Source: an uncultured Chloroflexia bacterium (GTDB lineage: Bacteria > Chloroflexota > Limnocylindria > Limnocylindrales > CSP1-4). Taken from it: a stretch of 64,000 nt of DNA. This document shows, piece after piece, positions 50,680 to 60,947 of the stretch; within the stretch, counting starts at the first letter, position 1, and each line of letters begins with the position of its first letter. The stretch spans positions 20,713-84,712 of the forward strand of contig CAWEKG010000002.1 of NCBI GenBank assembly GCA_963809595.1, written 5' to 3'. Both the position numbers and the translations under genes were made by a program. The notes beneath the pieces were generated by a model. It was not told the origin of the DNA. It did not search any database and worked only from the letters and a program-made list of their open reading frames with translations.

Positions 50680-50935
50680 CGGTCGATCCCGAAGCGCACG
50701 TCGTGCCTCCGCGGCCTGGTCCCGCGGCGTGCCGTCGGTTCACGAACGGCTCGGTCGCCGGGTCCCGGGCGATGATGGCCGGGTCGCGACGGGTCGGCCA
50801 TCGGACCGGAGTACCAGCTCGGAGGGGGTCCGGGTAGGACCCGGGCGACGCGCCGACCGAACCCCGAGAACGCCTTGTCAATACCCCCAGGGAGTATACA
50901 ACCCCTTGACAACGTGGTACTATCCAGGCCGATGC

Positions 50936-50958
50936 GGCGTGTCAAGACTTGACACGCC
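50936..50958. promoter_or_regulatory. 23-bp perfect palindrome upstream of dnaG
   Basis: GGCGTGTCAAG-A-CTTGACACGCC: 11-bp arms around a single central base. Further TTGTCA (50875-50880) and TTGACA (50906-50911) copies lie just upstream, in a locally AT-richer stretch. Confidence 0.5.
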
Positions 50959-51057
50959 CACAGTCATGTCCGGCGCGACGCGGCGCCGGCGACGACGGAC
51001 CCAGGGTCGAAACGAGACCCCGGCGCTCGGCGTCAAGGGCGTGGGACACGAGCGGAG

Positions 51058-53091
51058 GTGGACTTGGCCGTCGGCGTCGCCGCGGAAGTCAAGAGCAAGC
51101 TGAGCGTGGTCGACGTCGTCGGCCAGACGGTCCAGCTGAAGAAGTCGGGCAGCACCTACAAGGGTCTCTGCCCGTTCCACGGTGAGAAGACGCCGTCGTT
51201 CTACGTCACGCCGGCCCGTGAGAGCTGGAAATGCTTCGGCTGCGGCCTGGGCGGCGACATCTTCAGCTTCGTCATGCAGCGCGACAGCATCGGCTTCCCC
51301 GAGGCGCTCAAGCAGCTCGCCGCCCGGGCCGGCGTCGAGCTCGACGAGCGGACCAGTCGCGACGACGCCCGGAAGCGCCGCCTGCGCGACGTCCTCGACT
51401 CGGCGATCGCCTTCTACCACACCGTCCTGACCGCTCATCCGTCCGGTCGGACCGCGCTCGACTATCTCCGTGAGCGGGGTTTCACCGAGGCCACGATCGA
51501 GACCCACCAGCTGGGTTGGGCGCCTGGCGGCTGGGAGACGATGAGCAAGCAGCTCCAGGCGAAGCGTGGGGTGACTCCCCAGGAGCTCCAGGAGGTCGGG
51601 CTCACCCAGCCGCGGGGGACCGGGCGGGGCGGCGCCTACGACCGGTTCCGCGAGCGGATCATCTTCCCGATCCGGGATCAGGCCGGGAACGCGGTCGGGC
51701 TCGGCGGCCGATACCTCATCGCCCAGGGCGACACCAGCGACCACGGTCCGAAGTACCTCAACTCACCGGCCACCGCCCTCTTCGACAAGAGCCGGACGCT
51801 CTACCTCATCGACCGGGCGAAAGGCCCCATCCGGAAGACCGGCCAGGCGGTCATCGTCGAGGGCTACACCGACGCGCTGATGGCCCACCAGGCCGGCTTC
51901 GACAACGTCGTCGCCTCGCTCGGGACGGCCCTCACCCCGGGTCAGGTCGCGCTGCTGACCCGCTACGCCAAGAAGGTCGCCCTGGCCTACGACGTCGACC
52001 CGGCCGGCCAGAGCGCCGGCACGTTCGGTGTGACCGAGCTGAACAACCTCATCGCCGAGGTCCAGGCGGCCCGATCGGGGTCCTCGAGCGACGGCGTCGG
52101 CCTGACCGACGTCGGGGTCGTCCGGCTGCCCGAGGGCAAGGACCCCGACGAGGTCATCCGCGAGTCGCCCGACGCGTGGCGCGAGGCGGTCCGGACCCCC
52201 GACCCGATCCTGGCCTACCTCATCGACTACCACGCCTCGCGGGTGGACGTGCGCACGCCCGAGGGCCGCAAGCGGCTCGTCGACGCGGTCCTGCCGACCC
52301 TGCGCAAGGTCGCCGATCCGACGGTCCGCGACACGTATCTCCAGCTCCTGGCCCGACGATCAACGGTCAGCGAGCAGACCCTCCTCGAGGCGCTCCATCG
52401 ACGCCCCGAGCCGGGTCGCTCGGTGGCGGTCGTCGGCGGCGGGGCCGGCGAAGGCGAGCACGCAGGCGCCCGGATCACCCTCGACGCGGTCCGGGCCGCG
52501 GCCGAATCGGTCAGCCCGGAGGAGGTCGTGAAGTCGATCACCCCGGTCGAGGTGGAGCTCCTCCGGCTCATCCTCCTGATCCCCGACCAGCAGCCCCGGG
52601 TCGAGGACGGGCTGCGGCCGGAGGATCTGCCCTCGACGGTGGCCCGGGAGCTCTACGGCGCCATCCTGGCCGATCGCCGACGCGGGGCGGAGGCCGCCGG
52701 CGATCCCGACGGCGCGGGTCGCTTCGAGCGCGACCGTCTCCTCGAGGCGCTCGACCCCGAGACCCGGGCGCTCGCCCTGGGTCTCTACGCTCTCGACCGA
52801 CCCGATCCCCGGGCCCTGCCGTCGCAGCGGGTCGTCTACAACGTGGACAAGTGCCTCCTCACCCTCGAGGCGGATCGGCTCGAGGAGCGGAGCGCCTGGA
52901 ACCAGGCGGAGCAGGCCGACGCCGAGCTCCGCGCCGACCAGGAGGCGATGGCTCGTCTCCTCGATGAAGAACGCCAGATCAACGAGGCGCGCCGGTCGCT
53001 CGATCGTCGGATCGAGCAGACGCGTCTCCTCACGCGACCGGCCGCGGCCGTCGGGGCTCCCGCCTCGACCGTCGGGACCGGTCGCCGATGA
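51058..53091 (+). CDS. dnaG: DNA primase
   Basis: Zinc finger [37 protein letters not shown], and the TOPRIM domain [17 protein letters not shown]...YDVDPAG. The start is GTG 51058 or TTG 51064. Confidence 0.95.
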   Translation: MDLAVGVAAEVKSKLSVVDVVGQTVQLKKSGSTYKGLCPFHGEKTPSFYVTPARESWKCFGCGLGGDIFSFVMQRDSIGFPEALKQLAARAGVELDERTSRDDARKRRLRDVLDSAIAFYHTVLTAHPSGRTALDYLRERGFTEATIETHQLGWAPGGWETMSKQLQAKRGVTPQELQEVGLTQPRGTGRGGAYDRFRERIIFPIRDQAGNAVGLGGRYLIAQGDTSDHGPKYLNSPATALFDKSRTLYLIDRAKGPIRKTGQAVIVEGYTDALMAHQAGFDNVVASLGTALTPGQVALLTRYAKKVALAYDVDPAGQSAGTFGVTELNNLIAEVQAARSGSSSDGVGLTDVGVVRLPEGKDPDEVIRESPDAWREAVRTPDPILAYLIDYHASRVDVRTPEGRKRLVDAVLPTLRKVADPTVRDTYLQLLARRSTVSEQTLLEALHRRPEPGRSVAVVGGGAGEGEHAGARITLDAVRAAAESVSPEEVVKSITPVEVELLRLILLIPDQQPRVEDGLRPEDLPSTVARELYGAILADRRRGAEAAGDPDGAGRFERDRLLEALDPETRALALGLYALDRPDPRALPSQRVVYNVDKCLLTLEADRLEERSAWNQAEQADAELRADQEAMARLLDEERQINEARRSLDRRIEQTRLLTRPAAAVGAPASTVGTGRR

Positions 53092-54851
53092 CCCGGGAGG
53101 GCACAGGGCAGATGGCACAGGACCCACTGGACAAGCAGCTCGTCGAGGCCGTGCTCGCCGGACGGCCGCGGCGCACCCGCGCCGAGGTGGAGGAGGCGCG
53201 GCTCGCCTCGAAGCGCCCGGCCAAGGCCGGAGTGGCCGTCGTCGAGGTCGAGCTCGACGACGAGGATGACGACGAGGACGACGACGTCCTGGTGCTCGGG
53301 GTGGGCGACGGCCTGACCGACGGCGCCGACGTCGGGCCGATCCCGCTCGAGGTCGTGGCCGAGGCCGAGGTGTCGCCCGCCCTCGTGGACGCGCCGACCA
53401 AGCTCGACGCCAAGGAGCTCGACGAACCGACCCCGGAGGAGCTCGAGGCGCTCTCGGCGGACATGATCGGGATCGACGATCCCGTCCGGATGTACCTCAA
53501 GGAGATCGGCAAGGTCGCCCTCCTGACCGCCGAGGAGGAGGTCGTCCTGGCCAAGGCGATCGAGCTCGGCGAGTGGCTCGTCGAGGCGCCCTGGAAGGGG
53601 ATCTTCTCGCTCCACGAGTGGACCCTCCACGACACCGAGCGCAAGACCCGGACCGCCAAGCCGCAGCATCGTCTGCCGTTCGGGCCGGAGGCCCACACGA
53701 TGGTCCGGGACGCGATCTCCGACGAGGCCGCCGCCGACCTCCTGGTGCCCAGCCCCGACTTCCACCTCATCAAGGCCGGTCGCGACGTCCAGTCGGAGGG
53801 GACGAAGACCCTCCTCCGCGAGGCCAAGCACCACGTCGCGGAGTACAACGAGAAGCTGGACCCGGACGCCTTCCTGGCGATCATGGACTGGGCCTACTTC
53901 GCGGTCCACAACGGTGATCTCGACTCGCGCGACAACGTGGGTCTGCGGGCGATCTACGACTGGTCGCGCGAGGGGGTCGCCTTCCCGGCGCTGGAGCGCT
54001 GGATCCTGGCGGGCCACGACGCCGACCTGATGAAGCGCCTCGGCTACGACCCCGAGGTGCCGCTGAACACCAAGCTTCGCGATCGCAAGGGCGAGCTCGT
54101 CCGGATCGGGCGGGACGCCCGCGAGCAGCTGACCTCGGCGAACCTGCGCCTGGTCGTCTCGATCGCCAAGAAGTACATCGGGCGCGGGATGTCCTTCCTC
54201 GACCTCATCCAGGAGGGCAACATCGGGCTCATCCGGGCGGTCGAGAAGTTCGACTACGAGAAGGGCTTCAAGTTCTCCACCTACGCCACCTGGTGGATCC
54301 GCCAGGCCATCACCCGGGCCATCGCCGACCAGGCCCGGACGATCCGCATCCCGGTCCACATGGTCGAGACGATCAACCGGCTCATCCGGGTCTCGCGCAA
54401 CCTCCTCCAGGAGCTCGGTCGCGAGCCGACCGTGGAGGAGATCGCCGAGGCGATGTCGAAGGGCCAGGAGGTCATCGTCACGCCGGAGAAGGTCCGCGAG
54501 ATCATCAAGGTCTCGCAGGAGCCGGTCTCGCTGGAGACCCCGATCGGCGAGGAGGAGGACTCCCACCTCGGCGACTTCATCGAGGACCGGGCCGCCCTGG
54601 CGCCGGCCGAGGCCGCCTCGCACCAGCTGCTCAAGGAGCAGGTCGAGGCCGTCCTCGACTCGCTGACCGGGCGCGAGCGACGGGTCCTCCAGCTCCGCTT
54701 CGGTCTCGAGGACGGGCGCGCCCGGACCCTCGAGGAGGTGGGCAAGGAGTTCAACGTCACCCGCGAGCGGATCCGCCAGATCGAGGCGAAGGCGCTGCGC
54801 AAGCTGCGCCACCCCTCCCGCAGCCGGAAGCTCAAGGACTACCTGGAGTAG
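53088..54851 (+). CDS. rpoD: primary (housekeeping) RNA polymerase sigma factor with ~180-aa insertion between regions 1.2 and 2
   Basis: Region 1.2 [21 protein letters not shown]; region 2 [74 protein letters not shown]; region 4 [29 protein letters not shown]. The ATG at 53088 overlaps the dnaG stop (ATGA); an alternative ATG is at 53112. Confidence 0.95.
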   Translation: MTREGTGQMAQDPLDKQLVEAVLAGRPRRTRAEVEEARLASKRPAKAGVAVVEVELDDEDDDEDDDVLVLGVGDGLTDGADVGPIPLEVVAEAEVSPALVDAPTKLDAKELDEPTPEELEALSADMIGIDDPVRMYLKEIGKVALLTAEEEVVLAKAIELGEWLVEAPWKGIFSLHEWTLHDTERKTRTAKPQHRLPFGPEAHTMVRDAISDEAAADLLVPSPDFHLIKAGRDVQSEGTKTLLREAKHHVAEYNEKLDPDAFLAIMDWAYFAVHNGDLDSRDNVGLRAIYDWSREGVAFPALERWILAGHDADLMKRLGYDPEVPLNTKLRDRKGELVRIGRDAREQLTSANLRLVVSIAKKYIGRGMSFLDLIQEGNIGLIRAVEKFDYEKGFKFSTYATWWIRQAITRAIADQARTIRIPVHMVETINRLIRVSRNLLQELGREPTVEEIAEAMSKGQEVIVTPEKVREIIKVSQEPVSLETPIGEEEDSHLGDFIEDRAALAPAEAASHQLLKEQVEAVLDSLTGRERRVLQLRFGLEDGRARTLEEVGKEFNVTRERIRQIEAKALRKLRHPSRSRKLKDYLE

Positions 54852-55175
54852 GGAGCGGCCGATCGTCCTGGCTCACGTCGCGATCCAGGCGGGCCTGCCG
54901 CAGCTCGCGGCAGAGATCGGCGACGAGGACCCCGGCGTTGTCGCTGCCTGCATCGACGATCTCGAGACGGGCGGTCATCCTCGGAGTGTCGTCTCCGCCG
55001 CTTCACCGGCGATCCACTCCGCGCGGCTGTTCGGCGCGACGCCGCGGTGACATGATGGGCGCCGGCCGCTGCCGCGTCCACGGTGGCGAGCCTGAAGGGG
55101 CGGTCGGCGCCCCGGGACGGTCCGCCGCTCGCGGCGCCCGGTGTCGGGTCGAGGCCGTCCGCAGGAGGCGCCAAG

Positions 55176-55472
55176 ATGTACGGCACGATCGCGCGGATCC
55201 ACCCGAAGCCCTCTCGCCTCGACGACCTGAAGGCCTACGGCGCGACGATGACCGGCGATGCGATGCCCGCCGGGTTCCGGGCGACCTACCTGTTCGAGCC
55301 CGACCGGTCACCCTACGAGCGCCCGACCCTCTTCCTCATCGCCCTCTTCGACGACGAGGCCACATACCGGGCGAACGCGAGCAGCCCCGAGCAGGACGTC
55401 CGCTATCGCCTGATGCGCGACATGCTCGACGACGACCCAGAGTGGATGGACGGGACGTTCAGCGGGGTCTGA
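55176..55472 (+). CDS. small ABM/Dabb-like (ferredoxin-fold monooxygenase-like) protein
   Basis: ATG at 55176 follows AGGAGG (55163-55168). It is 98 aa, MYGTIARIHPKP...FLIALFDDEATYRANASSPEQD. The family call is tentative. Confidence 0.55.
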   Translation: MYGTIARIHPKPSRLDDLKAYGATMTGDAMPAGFRATYLFEPDRSPYERPTLFLIALFDDEATYRANASSPEQDVRYRLMRDMLDDDPEWMDGTFSGV

Positions 55473-55661
55473 TCGGGGTCCATCGGTCCGCGGCCCGGGT
55501 TCCAGCGCTGCCCTGGGCAGGCCCGGGCCGACGGGGGACCGACAGGCCGACCCGCCGGGCCGATCCGGGCTGAAGGGCCCTCGACCGGGAGGCCGCGCCA
55601 GCCGACTCTGGCGACGACACGGGGTTCGCTGTTCGGCCCCACCCATCGAGGTCGTTTCGCG

Positions 55662-56630
55662 GTGCCCCTCGACTCGCCGCCGGAAATGGCTGTGAAGCCG
55701 GTCCTCTCCTGTACCGGGCTGCGCAAGCGGTTCGGGGAGCGCCAGGCGGTCGACGGGGTCGGCTTCGAGATCGCCCCGGGCGAGACGTACGGCCTCCTCG
55801 GCCCCAACGGAGCCGGCAAGACCACCACCATCTCGATGATCTGCGGCATCCTCCGGCGCGACGAGGGTGAGGTCCTCATCGGCGGCCGATCGCTCGACCC
55901 CGGCAGCACCTCGCTCAAGGCCGAGATCGGCTACGTGCCCCAGGACCTGGCCATCTACCCGGACCTGAACGCCCGCGAGAACCTGGACTTCTTCGGCCGC
56001 CTCTACGGGCTCGGCGGGTCGGCCCTCAGGTCCCGGATCGATGAGGTCCTGGCGGTCGTCGACCTGAGCGATCGGGCGAAGGAGCGGACGAGCCAGTACT
56101 CGGGCGGGATGAAGCGGCGTCTGAACATCGCGATCGGCCTGCTCCATCGGCCCAGCCTGCTCATCCTCGACGAGCCGACCGTCGGGGTGGACCCGCAGAG
56201 CCGGAACGCCATCCTGACCAGCGTCGAGGCCCTCAGCGCGGCCGGCATGGGCATCCTCTACACCACCCACTACATGGAGGAGGCCGAGCGCCTGTGCGAC
56301 CGGGTCGGCATCGTCGATGAGGGCCGGATCATCGCCGAGGGGACCCGCCGCGAGCTCGTCGCCCTGGTCGGCGGCGTCGATCGGGTGACCCTCGTGGCCG
56401 GTGGCGACCTGAACGCCGCCGCGAGCTCGGCCCGGGCCGTCCCGGGGGTGCGCGACGCGACGGTCGCCGACGGTCGCATCGATCTCCTCGTGGAGGAGGC
56501 GCGGAAGCTCCTGCCTCGGCTGCTCGAGGCGGTCTCCGGTGACGGTGTGATGATCCGCTCGGTGGAGGTGGTCGAGCCCGACCTCGAGAGCGTCTTCCTC
56601 CACCTGACCGGCAAGGCGCTCCGGGACTAG
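55662..56630 (+). CDS. ABC transporter ATP-binding protein (DrrA/ABC-2 type)
   Basis: Walker A GPNGAGKTT, signature YSGGMKRRL, Walker B LLILDEPTVGVD. An alternative start is ATG 55686. Confidence 0.9.
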   Translation: MPLDSPPEMAVKPVLSCTGLRKRFGERQAVDGVGFEIAPGETYGLLGPNGAGKTTTISMICGILRRDEGEVLIGGRSLDPGSTSLKAEIGYVPQDLAIYPDLNARENLDFFGRLYGLGGSALRSRIDEVLAVVDLSDRAKERTSQYSGGMKRRLNIAIGLLHRPSLLILDEPTVGVDPQSRNAILTSVEALSAAGMGILYTTHYMEEAERLCDRVGIVDEGRIIAEGTRRELVALVGGVDRVTLVAGGDLNAAASSARAVPGVRDATVADGRIDLLVEEARKLLPRLLEAVSGDGVMIRSVEVVEPDLESVFLHLTGKALRD

Positions 56631-56645
56631 GCCCGGCGATCGACG

Positions 56646-57824
56646 GTGCGCGCCGCCCTCGTCATCGCCCGTCGGATCCTGCGCCAGCGGCTGCGGGACC
56701 GCTCGGCCATCCTCTTCGCCGTCCTCACGCCGCTGGGGCTGGCCGTGGCCTTCGCGGCGATCATCCCCGACTTCAGCCCCACCTTCCACACCCGGATCCT
56801 CGTCGTCGACCGCGACGGCGGACACCTGGCCGCCGTCCTCCGGGACGACGTCCTCGGCCGCGTCGCCAGCTCCGGCATCGCCGAGATCGTCCCGATCGCC
56901 GACGAGACGGCCGCCGCGGCCGAGATCGAGGCCGATCGGGCCGGGGTCGCGATCGTCATCCCGGCCGGCCTGACCGGGGCCGTGACGGCCGGGGATCCGG
57001 CCGAGATCCGGATCCTGGCCGGCGGCAGCGTGACCGCCCGGGAGGTCGCCCGGGCCGTGGTCACCCGGTTCGCCGACGAGGTGGGTGCGATCCAGCTCGC
57101 GGTGCGGACGGTCGCGGCGAGCGGCGGGCGGGCCGACCCGGCGACCGTGGCTGCGGCGACGACCGCGGTCGAGGCGACCAGCCCGGTCGCGGTCGCGGAC
57201 CTGGCGGCCGACAAGCGGCGAGCGTCGATGGCCACCTTCTACGGCGCCGCGATGGCGATGATGTTCGTCTTCTTCGCGACCCAGTACGGGGCGCTGGCCC
57301 TGCTCGGGGAGCGACGCGACGGGACGCTCTCCCGGCTTCTGGCGGCCCCCGTCCCGCCGGCGGCGATCGTCCTGGGTGGCTCACTGGCCGGGATGGTCCT
57401 GGGCCTCGTGGCGATGTCGACCCTGGTGGTGGCCACGACCCTGTTCGTCCACGCCAGCTGGGGTCCACCGGTCCTGCTCGCCGTCCTGCTCCTGGCGGCG
57501 GTCATCGCCGCGACCGGGATCTCGACCATGGTCTCGACGATGGCCAAGACCGTCGACCAGGCCGGCGGGCTCGTCGCCATCGTGGCCCTGAGCATGGCGG
57601 CGATCGGCGGCGTCTTCATCCCGCTGAGCCAGGCGCCCGAGCTCCTCGGTCGGATCGCCCTGGTCACACCCCATGCCTGGTTCCTCCGGGCGATCGACAC
57701 GATGTCGGGGCCGAACGTCGCGTTCACAGAGATCCTGCCCTCGGTGGCGGTGCTCGTCGCGATGGGCCTGGTGACCGGGGCGATCGGGCTCGCCCGGGCC
57801 CGAGACTCGCTGGTGCCGGCATGA
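56646..57824 (+). CDS. ABC-2 transporter permease
   Basis: An N-terminal TM, a ~170-aa extracytoplasmic segment, then 5 TM helices. It follows the ATPase gene. Confidence 0.8.
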   Translation: MRAALVIARRILRQRLRDRSAILFAVLTPLGLAVAFAAIIPDFSPTFHTRILVVDRDGGHLAAVLRDDVLGRVASSGIAEIVPIADETAAAAEIEADRAGVAIVIPAGLTGAVTAGDPAEIRILAGGSVTAREVARAVVTRFADEVGAIQLAVRTVAASGGRADPATVAAATTAVEATSPVAVADLAADKRRASMATFYGAAMAMMFVFFATQYGALALLGERRDGTLSRLLAAPVPPAAIVLGGSLAGMVLGLVAMSTLVVATTLFVHASWGPPVLLAVLLLAAVIAATGISTMVSTMAKTVDQAGGLVAIVALSMAAIGGVFIPLSQAPELLGRIALVTPHAWFLRAIDTMSGPNVAFTEILPSVAVLVAMGLVTGAIGLARARDSLVPA

Positions 57825-58987
57825 AGGCCCTGGTCATCGCCCGGGTCAACATGGTCCGGGCGTTCCGCGACCGGATGAGCCTCTTCTTCATCCTGGTCCT
57901 GCCGATGATCCTCATCGTCGTCCTCGGGATGACCTACGGCGGGATGAACACCGCCCGGGTCGGGCTGGTCGACGAGGATGGCGGCCCGCTGGCGGCCGAC
58001 CTCGCGACCGGGATCACCTCGACGGGGATGCGCCTCGACGTCCGCCGGTTCGATGGCGCGGAGCAGCTCCGCGACGCGGTCGAGCGGGGCTTCGTGGAGC
58101 TCGGCCTGGTCATCCACTCCGGCTACGACATGGCCCTGCGGAACGGCGGGATCGGCTCGCTCGAGTACGTCAGCCAGCCACAGAGCTATGCCAGCGCGAT
58201 CCGGACGGCCCTCGACGCCACGATCGCCGACCAGGCCGGGCTCGTCCGGGCGGCCCGGTTCGCCGCGGCCACGAACGGCATCCCGTTCGACCGTGCCCTC
58301 GCGACGGCCCGCGAGCAGCAGCCGGCCGTCGCCGGGGTCGGTGTCACGGTAGAGAGCCTCGGCGAGGTCGCCACGAACCCGAGCGGCTTTGCGGTCGGCG
58401 CCGAGAGCCAGGTCATCCTGTTCATGTTCCTGACCTCGATGACCGGGGCGGTCGCGCTCATCATCACCCGCCAGCTGGGGATCTCCCGGCGCGAGTTCTC
58501 GACCCCCACCGGTGCCGGCACGATCGTCCTCGGCGAGACGCTCGGTCGGTTCGCGTTCGCGCTCTTCCAGGGGGTCTTCATCGTCGTCGCCACGGCCCTC
58601 CTGTTCGGGGTCGACTGGATGGACCCGCTGGCCACCGGCGCGATCGTCCTGGTCTTCGCCCTCGTCTCCTCGGGTGCCGCCCTGCTCCTGGCCACGGTCG
58701 TCTCGAACGAGCACCAGCTGAGCGCGCTCGGCCCGGCGCTCGGGATGGTCCTGGCCCTGCTCGGCGGGGCGATGGTTCCGATCGAGGTCTTCCCGCCGGC
58801 GATGCGGACGATCTCCCTGGCGACCCCTCACGCATGGGCCCTCGACGCGTTCCACGACCTCCTCCTGAACGGGGGAGGGTTGGCCGACATCCTGCCCCAG
58901 CTCGGGGTCCTGACGGCCTTCGCGGTCGTCCTGCTGGCGCTCGCGTCGTTCCGCTTCCGTCGCCAGGTGACCGGTGGCGGGACGTGA
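57821..58987 (+). CDS. ABC-2 transporter permease (paralogous second subunit)
   Basis: It has the same architecture as the preceding gene and overlaps it by 4 nt. Confidence 0.8.
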   Translation: MKALVIARVNMVRAFRDRMSLFFILVLPMILIVVLGMTYGGMNTARVGLVDEDGGPLAADLATGITSTGMRLDVRRFDGAEQLRDAVERGFVELGLVIHSGYDMALRNGGIGSLEYVSQPQSYASAIRTALDATIADQAGLVRAARFAAATNGIPFDRALATAREQQPAVAGVGVTVESLGEVATNPSGFAVGAESQVILFMFLTSMTGAVALIITRQLGISRREFSTPTGAGTIVLGETLGRFAFALFQGVFIVVATALLFGVDWMDPLATGAIVLVFALVSSGAALLLATVVSNEHQLSALGPALGMVLALLGGAMVPIEVFPPAMRTISLATPHAWALDAFHDLLLNGGGLADILPQLGVLTAFAVVLLALASFRFRRQVTGGGT

Positions 58988-58993
58988 TCCCGG

Positions 58994-59530
58994 TCAGTCC
59001 GCGGGGCGGACGCTGACGGCCGAATAGATCGAGCCGAGGAACCGACTGGGCACCGATCCGAGCAGGCGCGTCTGGTCGAAGCCGGCCGCACCTGCCACCT
59101 GCCGCCAGGTCGCGAACGAGATGGGGTGAGGGACCCACGGGTTGCCCCGGTCCGTCCCGTACTCCACGAGGACGAGTCGGCCGCCCCCGCGCAGGTACCC
59201 GCGCACGAGAGCCAGGACGGGTCGCTTGTCGCGCACGAAATGGAGCGAGTTCGCCATCACCACCCCGTCGAGGGACGGCAGGGCGAGCCGTGTCGTGAAG
59301 TCCGCGGTCAGCTGGTGGAGCTCGATCGCCGGGAACCGCCGGGCCATCGACTCGGCCTGGGTCCGGAGGGCGGCCCGATCGCGATCAACCGAATAGATGA
59401 CCCCGCCCCGATCGAGCAGGTCGGCCAGGGCCAGGGTGAACGCGCCGGTCCCGGAGCCGAGGTCGGCCCAGACCGCGCCGCCGCCCTCCACTCCGTCGCG
59501 GAGGAGCGCGACGTGGTCAGCGTGGTCCAT
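58994..59530 (-). CDS. class I SAM-dependent methyltransferase
   Basis: ATG at 59530 within ORF 58994..59896. Motif I VWADLGSGTGAFTLALA, and the post-I motif VIYSVDRD. Confidence 0.8.
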   Translation of the reverse strand: MDHADHVALLRDGVEGGGAVWADLGSGTGAFTLALADLLDRGGVIYSVDRDRAALRTQAESMARRFPAIELHQLTADFTTRLALPSLDGVVMANSLHFVRDKRPVLALVRGYLRGGGRLVLVEYGTDRGNPWVPHPISFATWRQVAGAAGFDQTRLLGSVPSRFLGSIYSAVSVRPAD

Positions 59531-60437
59531 CGCGGGCGACACCGATCCGGTCAGGCGCGCCCGGCTCGGGACCCACCGCGACGCGCTCTCCCGCGGCCGA
59601 CCAGTCGCTGTAGGAACCCTCGTACAGGATCGGGTCGGGCAGGCCGGCGACCCGCATCGCCAGGGCGTGATGGCAGGCTGAGACGCCCGACCCGCAGGAC
59701 GTGACGATCTCGGACCCGGCGGCGCCGTCGGCCCCGAGGGCACCGAACCGGCGAGCGAGCGCCGCAGGCGAGAGGAACCGCCCGTTCGGCTCAACGAGGT
59801 TCCCGTCGGTCGGGGCGCTCCGGGCGGTCGGGATGTGGCCGGGGTAGGCGTCGATCGGCTCGACCTCGCCGCGGTAGCGGGGCGCCCCACGGGCATCGAG
59901 CAGGACGACCTCGCCGAGACGGGACTTCAGCTCCCCGCGCTCGATCACCCGGGACCAGGTCGACCCGAGCGCGATGGTGGTCGGCGCGAACTCCGGGACC
60001 TCGGTGGTCAGCCGGCCGCCCGACGCACGCCAGGCCTGGAAGCCGCCGTCGAGAACGGCGACCCGGCGATGGCCGAGGATGTCGAGCATCCACCAGAGCC
60101 GGGCGGCGACCCACCCACCGACGTCGTCGTAGGCCACGACGCAGTGGCGCGAGCCGATCCCGACCGCCCTGAGACGAGCGGCGAACTCGGCCGGTGAGGG
60201 GAGCGGGTGGCGTCCCGGTCGGCCCGGGCCGGGGGGGAGCGCGAGATCACCGTCGAGGTCGAGGAAGATCGCCCCGGGCAGGTGACCCTGGTCGTACGCG
60301 ATCCGGCCGGCGCCCGGCTCGCCGAGCACCCAGCGCGTGTCGACGACCCGGAGGTCCGGGTCGTCGATCCGGGCGACCAGCGTCTCGGCCGTCACGAGCG
60401 GGCCATCGATGAGCGGTCGGGCACGGTCGTCGGTCAT
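59517..60437 (-). CDS. tandem-rhodanese sulfurtransferase (thiosulfate/3-mercaptopyruvate type, SseA-like)
   Basis: Two rhodanese domains, with the active-site loop SCGSGVSACHH (CGSGVxA). Its 3' end overlaps the methyltransferase start by 14 nt. Confidence 0.85.
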   Translation of the reverse strand: MTDDRARPLIDGPLVTAETLVARIDDPDLRVVDTRWVLGEPGAGRIAYDQGHLPGAIFLDLDGDLALPPGPGRPGRHPLPSPAEFAARLRAVGIGSRHCVVAYDDVGGWVAARLWWMLDILGHRRVAVLDGGFQAWRASGGRLTTEVPEFAPTTIALGSTWSRVIERGELKSRLGEVVLLDARGAPRYRGEVEPIDAYPGHIPTARSAPTDGNLVEPNGRFLSPAALARRFGALGADGAAGSEIVTSCGSGVSACHHALAMRVAGLPDPILYEGSYSDWSAAGERVAVGPEPGAPDRIGVARDGPR

Positions 60438-60558
60438 CGGCGGAGTATGCCAGCCGGGGTCCGTGCTATCCTCTGCCGCGGCGCGGCAGCCTCGGACCGG
60501 CGACCACCGGCTCGTCGACCCGGCACCGCCCGACGATCGCCCCGCGGCGATCCCTCGC

Positions 60559-60633
60559 TCCGGCGTAGCTCAGTGGTAGAGCGGGCGGCTGTTAACCGCT
60601 TGGTCGTAGGTTCGAGTCCTACCGCCGGAGCCA
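60559..60633 (+). tRNA. tRNA-Asn (anticodon GTT), CCA encoded
   Basis: Manual cloverleaf: acceptor TCCGGCG/CGCCGGA, D arm GCTC-AGTGGTA-GAGC, anticodon arm GGCGG-CTGTTAA-CCGCT (GTT at 60591-60593), variable loop TGGTC, T arm GTAGG-TTCGAGT-CCTAC, discriminator G, then CCA. Confidence 0.93.
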
Positions 60634-60687
60634 ACTCGCCTCGTCTGACCCTCCTTCGGAGATGCGGCCGTCCACGCCGATGAACGA

Positions 60688-60719
60688 GGACCCCGGCTCG
60701 GTGACCGAGGCCGGGGTCC
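60688..60719. terminator. GC-rich hairpin between tRNA-Asn (+) and the mini-protein gene (-)
   Basis: GGACCCCGGC-TCGG tga CCGAGGCCGGGGTCC: a ~14-bp stem with one bulge and a 3-nt loop. Confidence 0.5.
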
Positions 60720-60739
60720 TGTCGAGCGGTCGAACGGGC

Positions 60740-60946
60740 CTAGAACCGACGGCGACCGGGCGTGACTGCCGCGCCGACGACGGCGGCCTTGGCGACCGGC
60801 GACGGGCCTGGGCCGACGGCGGCGCCGACGACGGCGGCCTTGGCGACCGGCGATGGGCCGGGCTTGACGGCTGCGGTCACGACCGCGGCCTTGGCGACGG
60901 GTGCGCCGATGACGCCGACCCCTCTGCGACCTGGACCGAGCGGCAT
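60740..60946 (-). CDS. 68-aa Ala/Val/Gly/Pro-rich triple-repeat mini-protein, unknown function
   Basis: MPLGPGRRGVGVIG-APVAKAAVVTAAVKPG-PSPVAKAAVVGAAVGPG-PSPVAKAAVVGAAVTPG-RRRF. The ATG at 60946 lies 1 nt after the upstream stop (60948-60950), with GAAGGGG just upstream. Codons have high third-position GC. Confidence 0.55.
   Translation of the reverse strand: MPLGPGRRGVGVIGAPVAKAAVVTAAVKPGPSPVAKAAVVGAAVGPGPSPVAKAAVVGAAVTPGRRRF
60771..60905. repeat. 51-bp tandem repeat (~2.6 copies) encoding the 17-aa repeat of the mini-protein
   Basis: The unit GCGCCGACGACGGCGGCCTTGGCGACCGGCGA... starts at 60771 and 60822 (nearly identical), with a more diverged third copy from 60873. Confidence 0.8.
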
Positions 60947-60947
60947 G

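Noticed and set aside
54832-54978. A 48-codon minus-strand ORF ([48 protein letters not shown]) in the 324-bp gap after rpoD, overlapping the last 20 nt of rpoD.
   Set aside because: It has no convincing Shine-Dalgarno at proper spacing (GAGG abuts the ATG) and no recognisable family. It is too short to judge codon bias, and could be a gene remnant or chance. The nearby hairpin CTGCCGC-agctc-GCGGCAG (54895-54913) may simply be the rpoD terminator.
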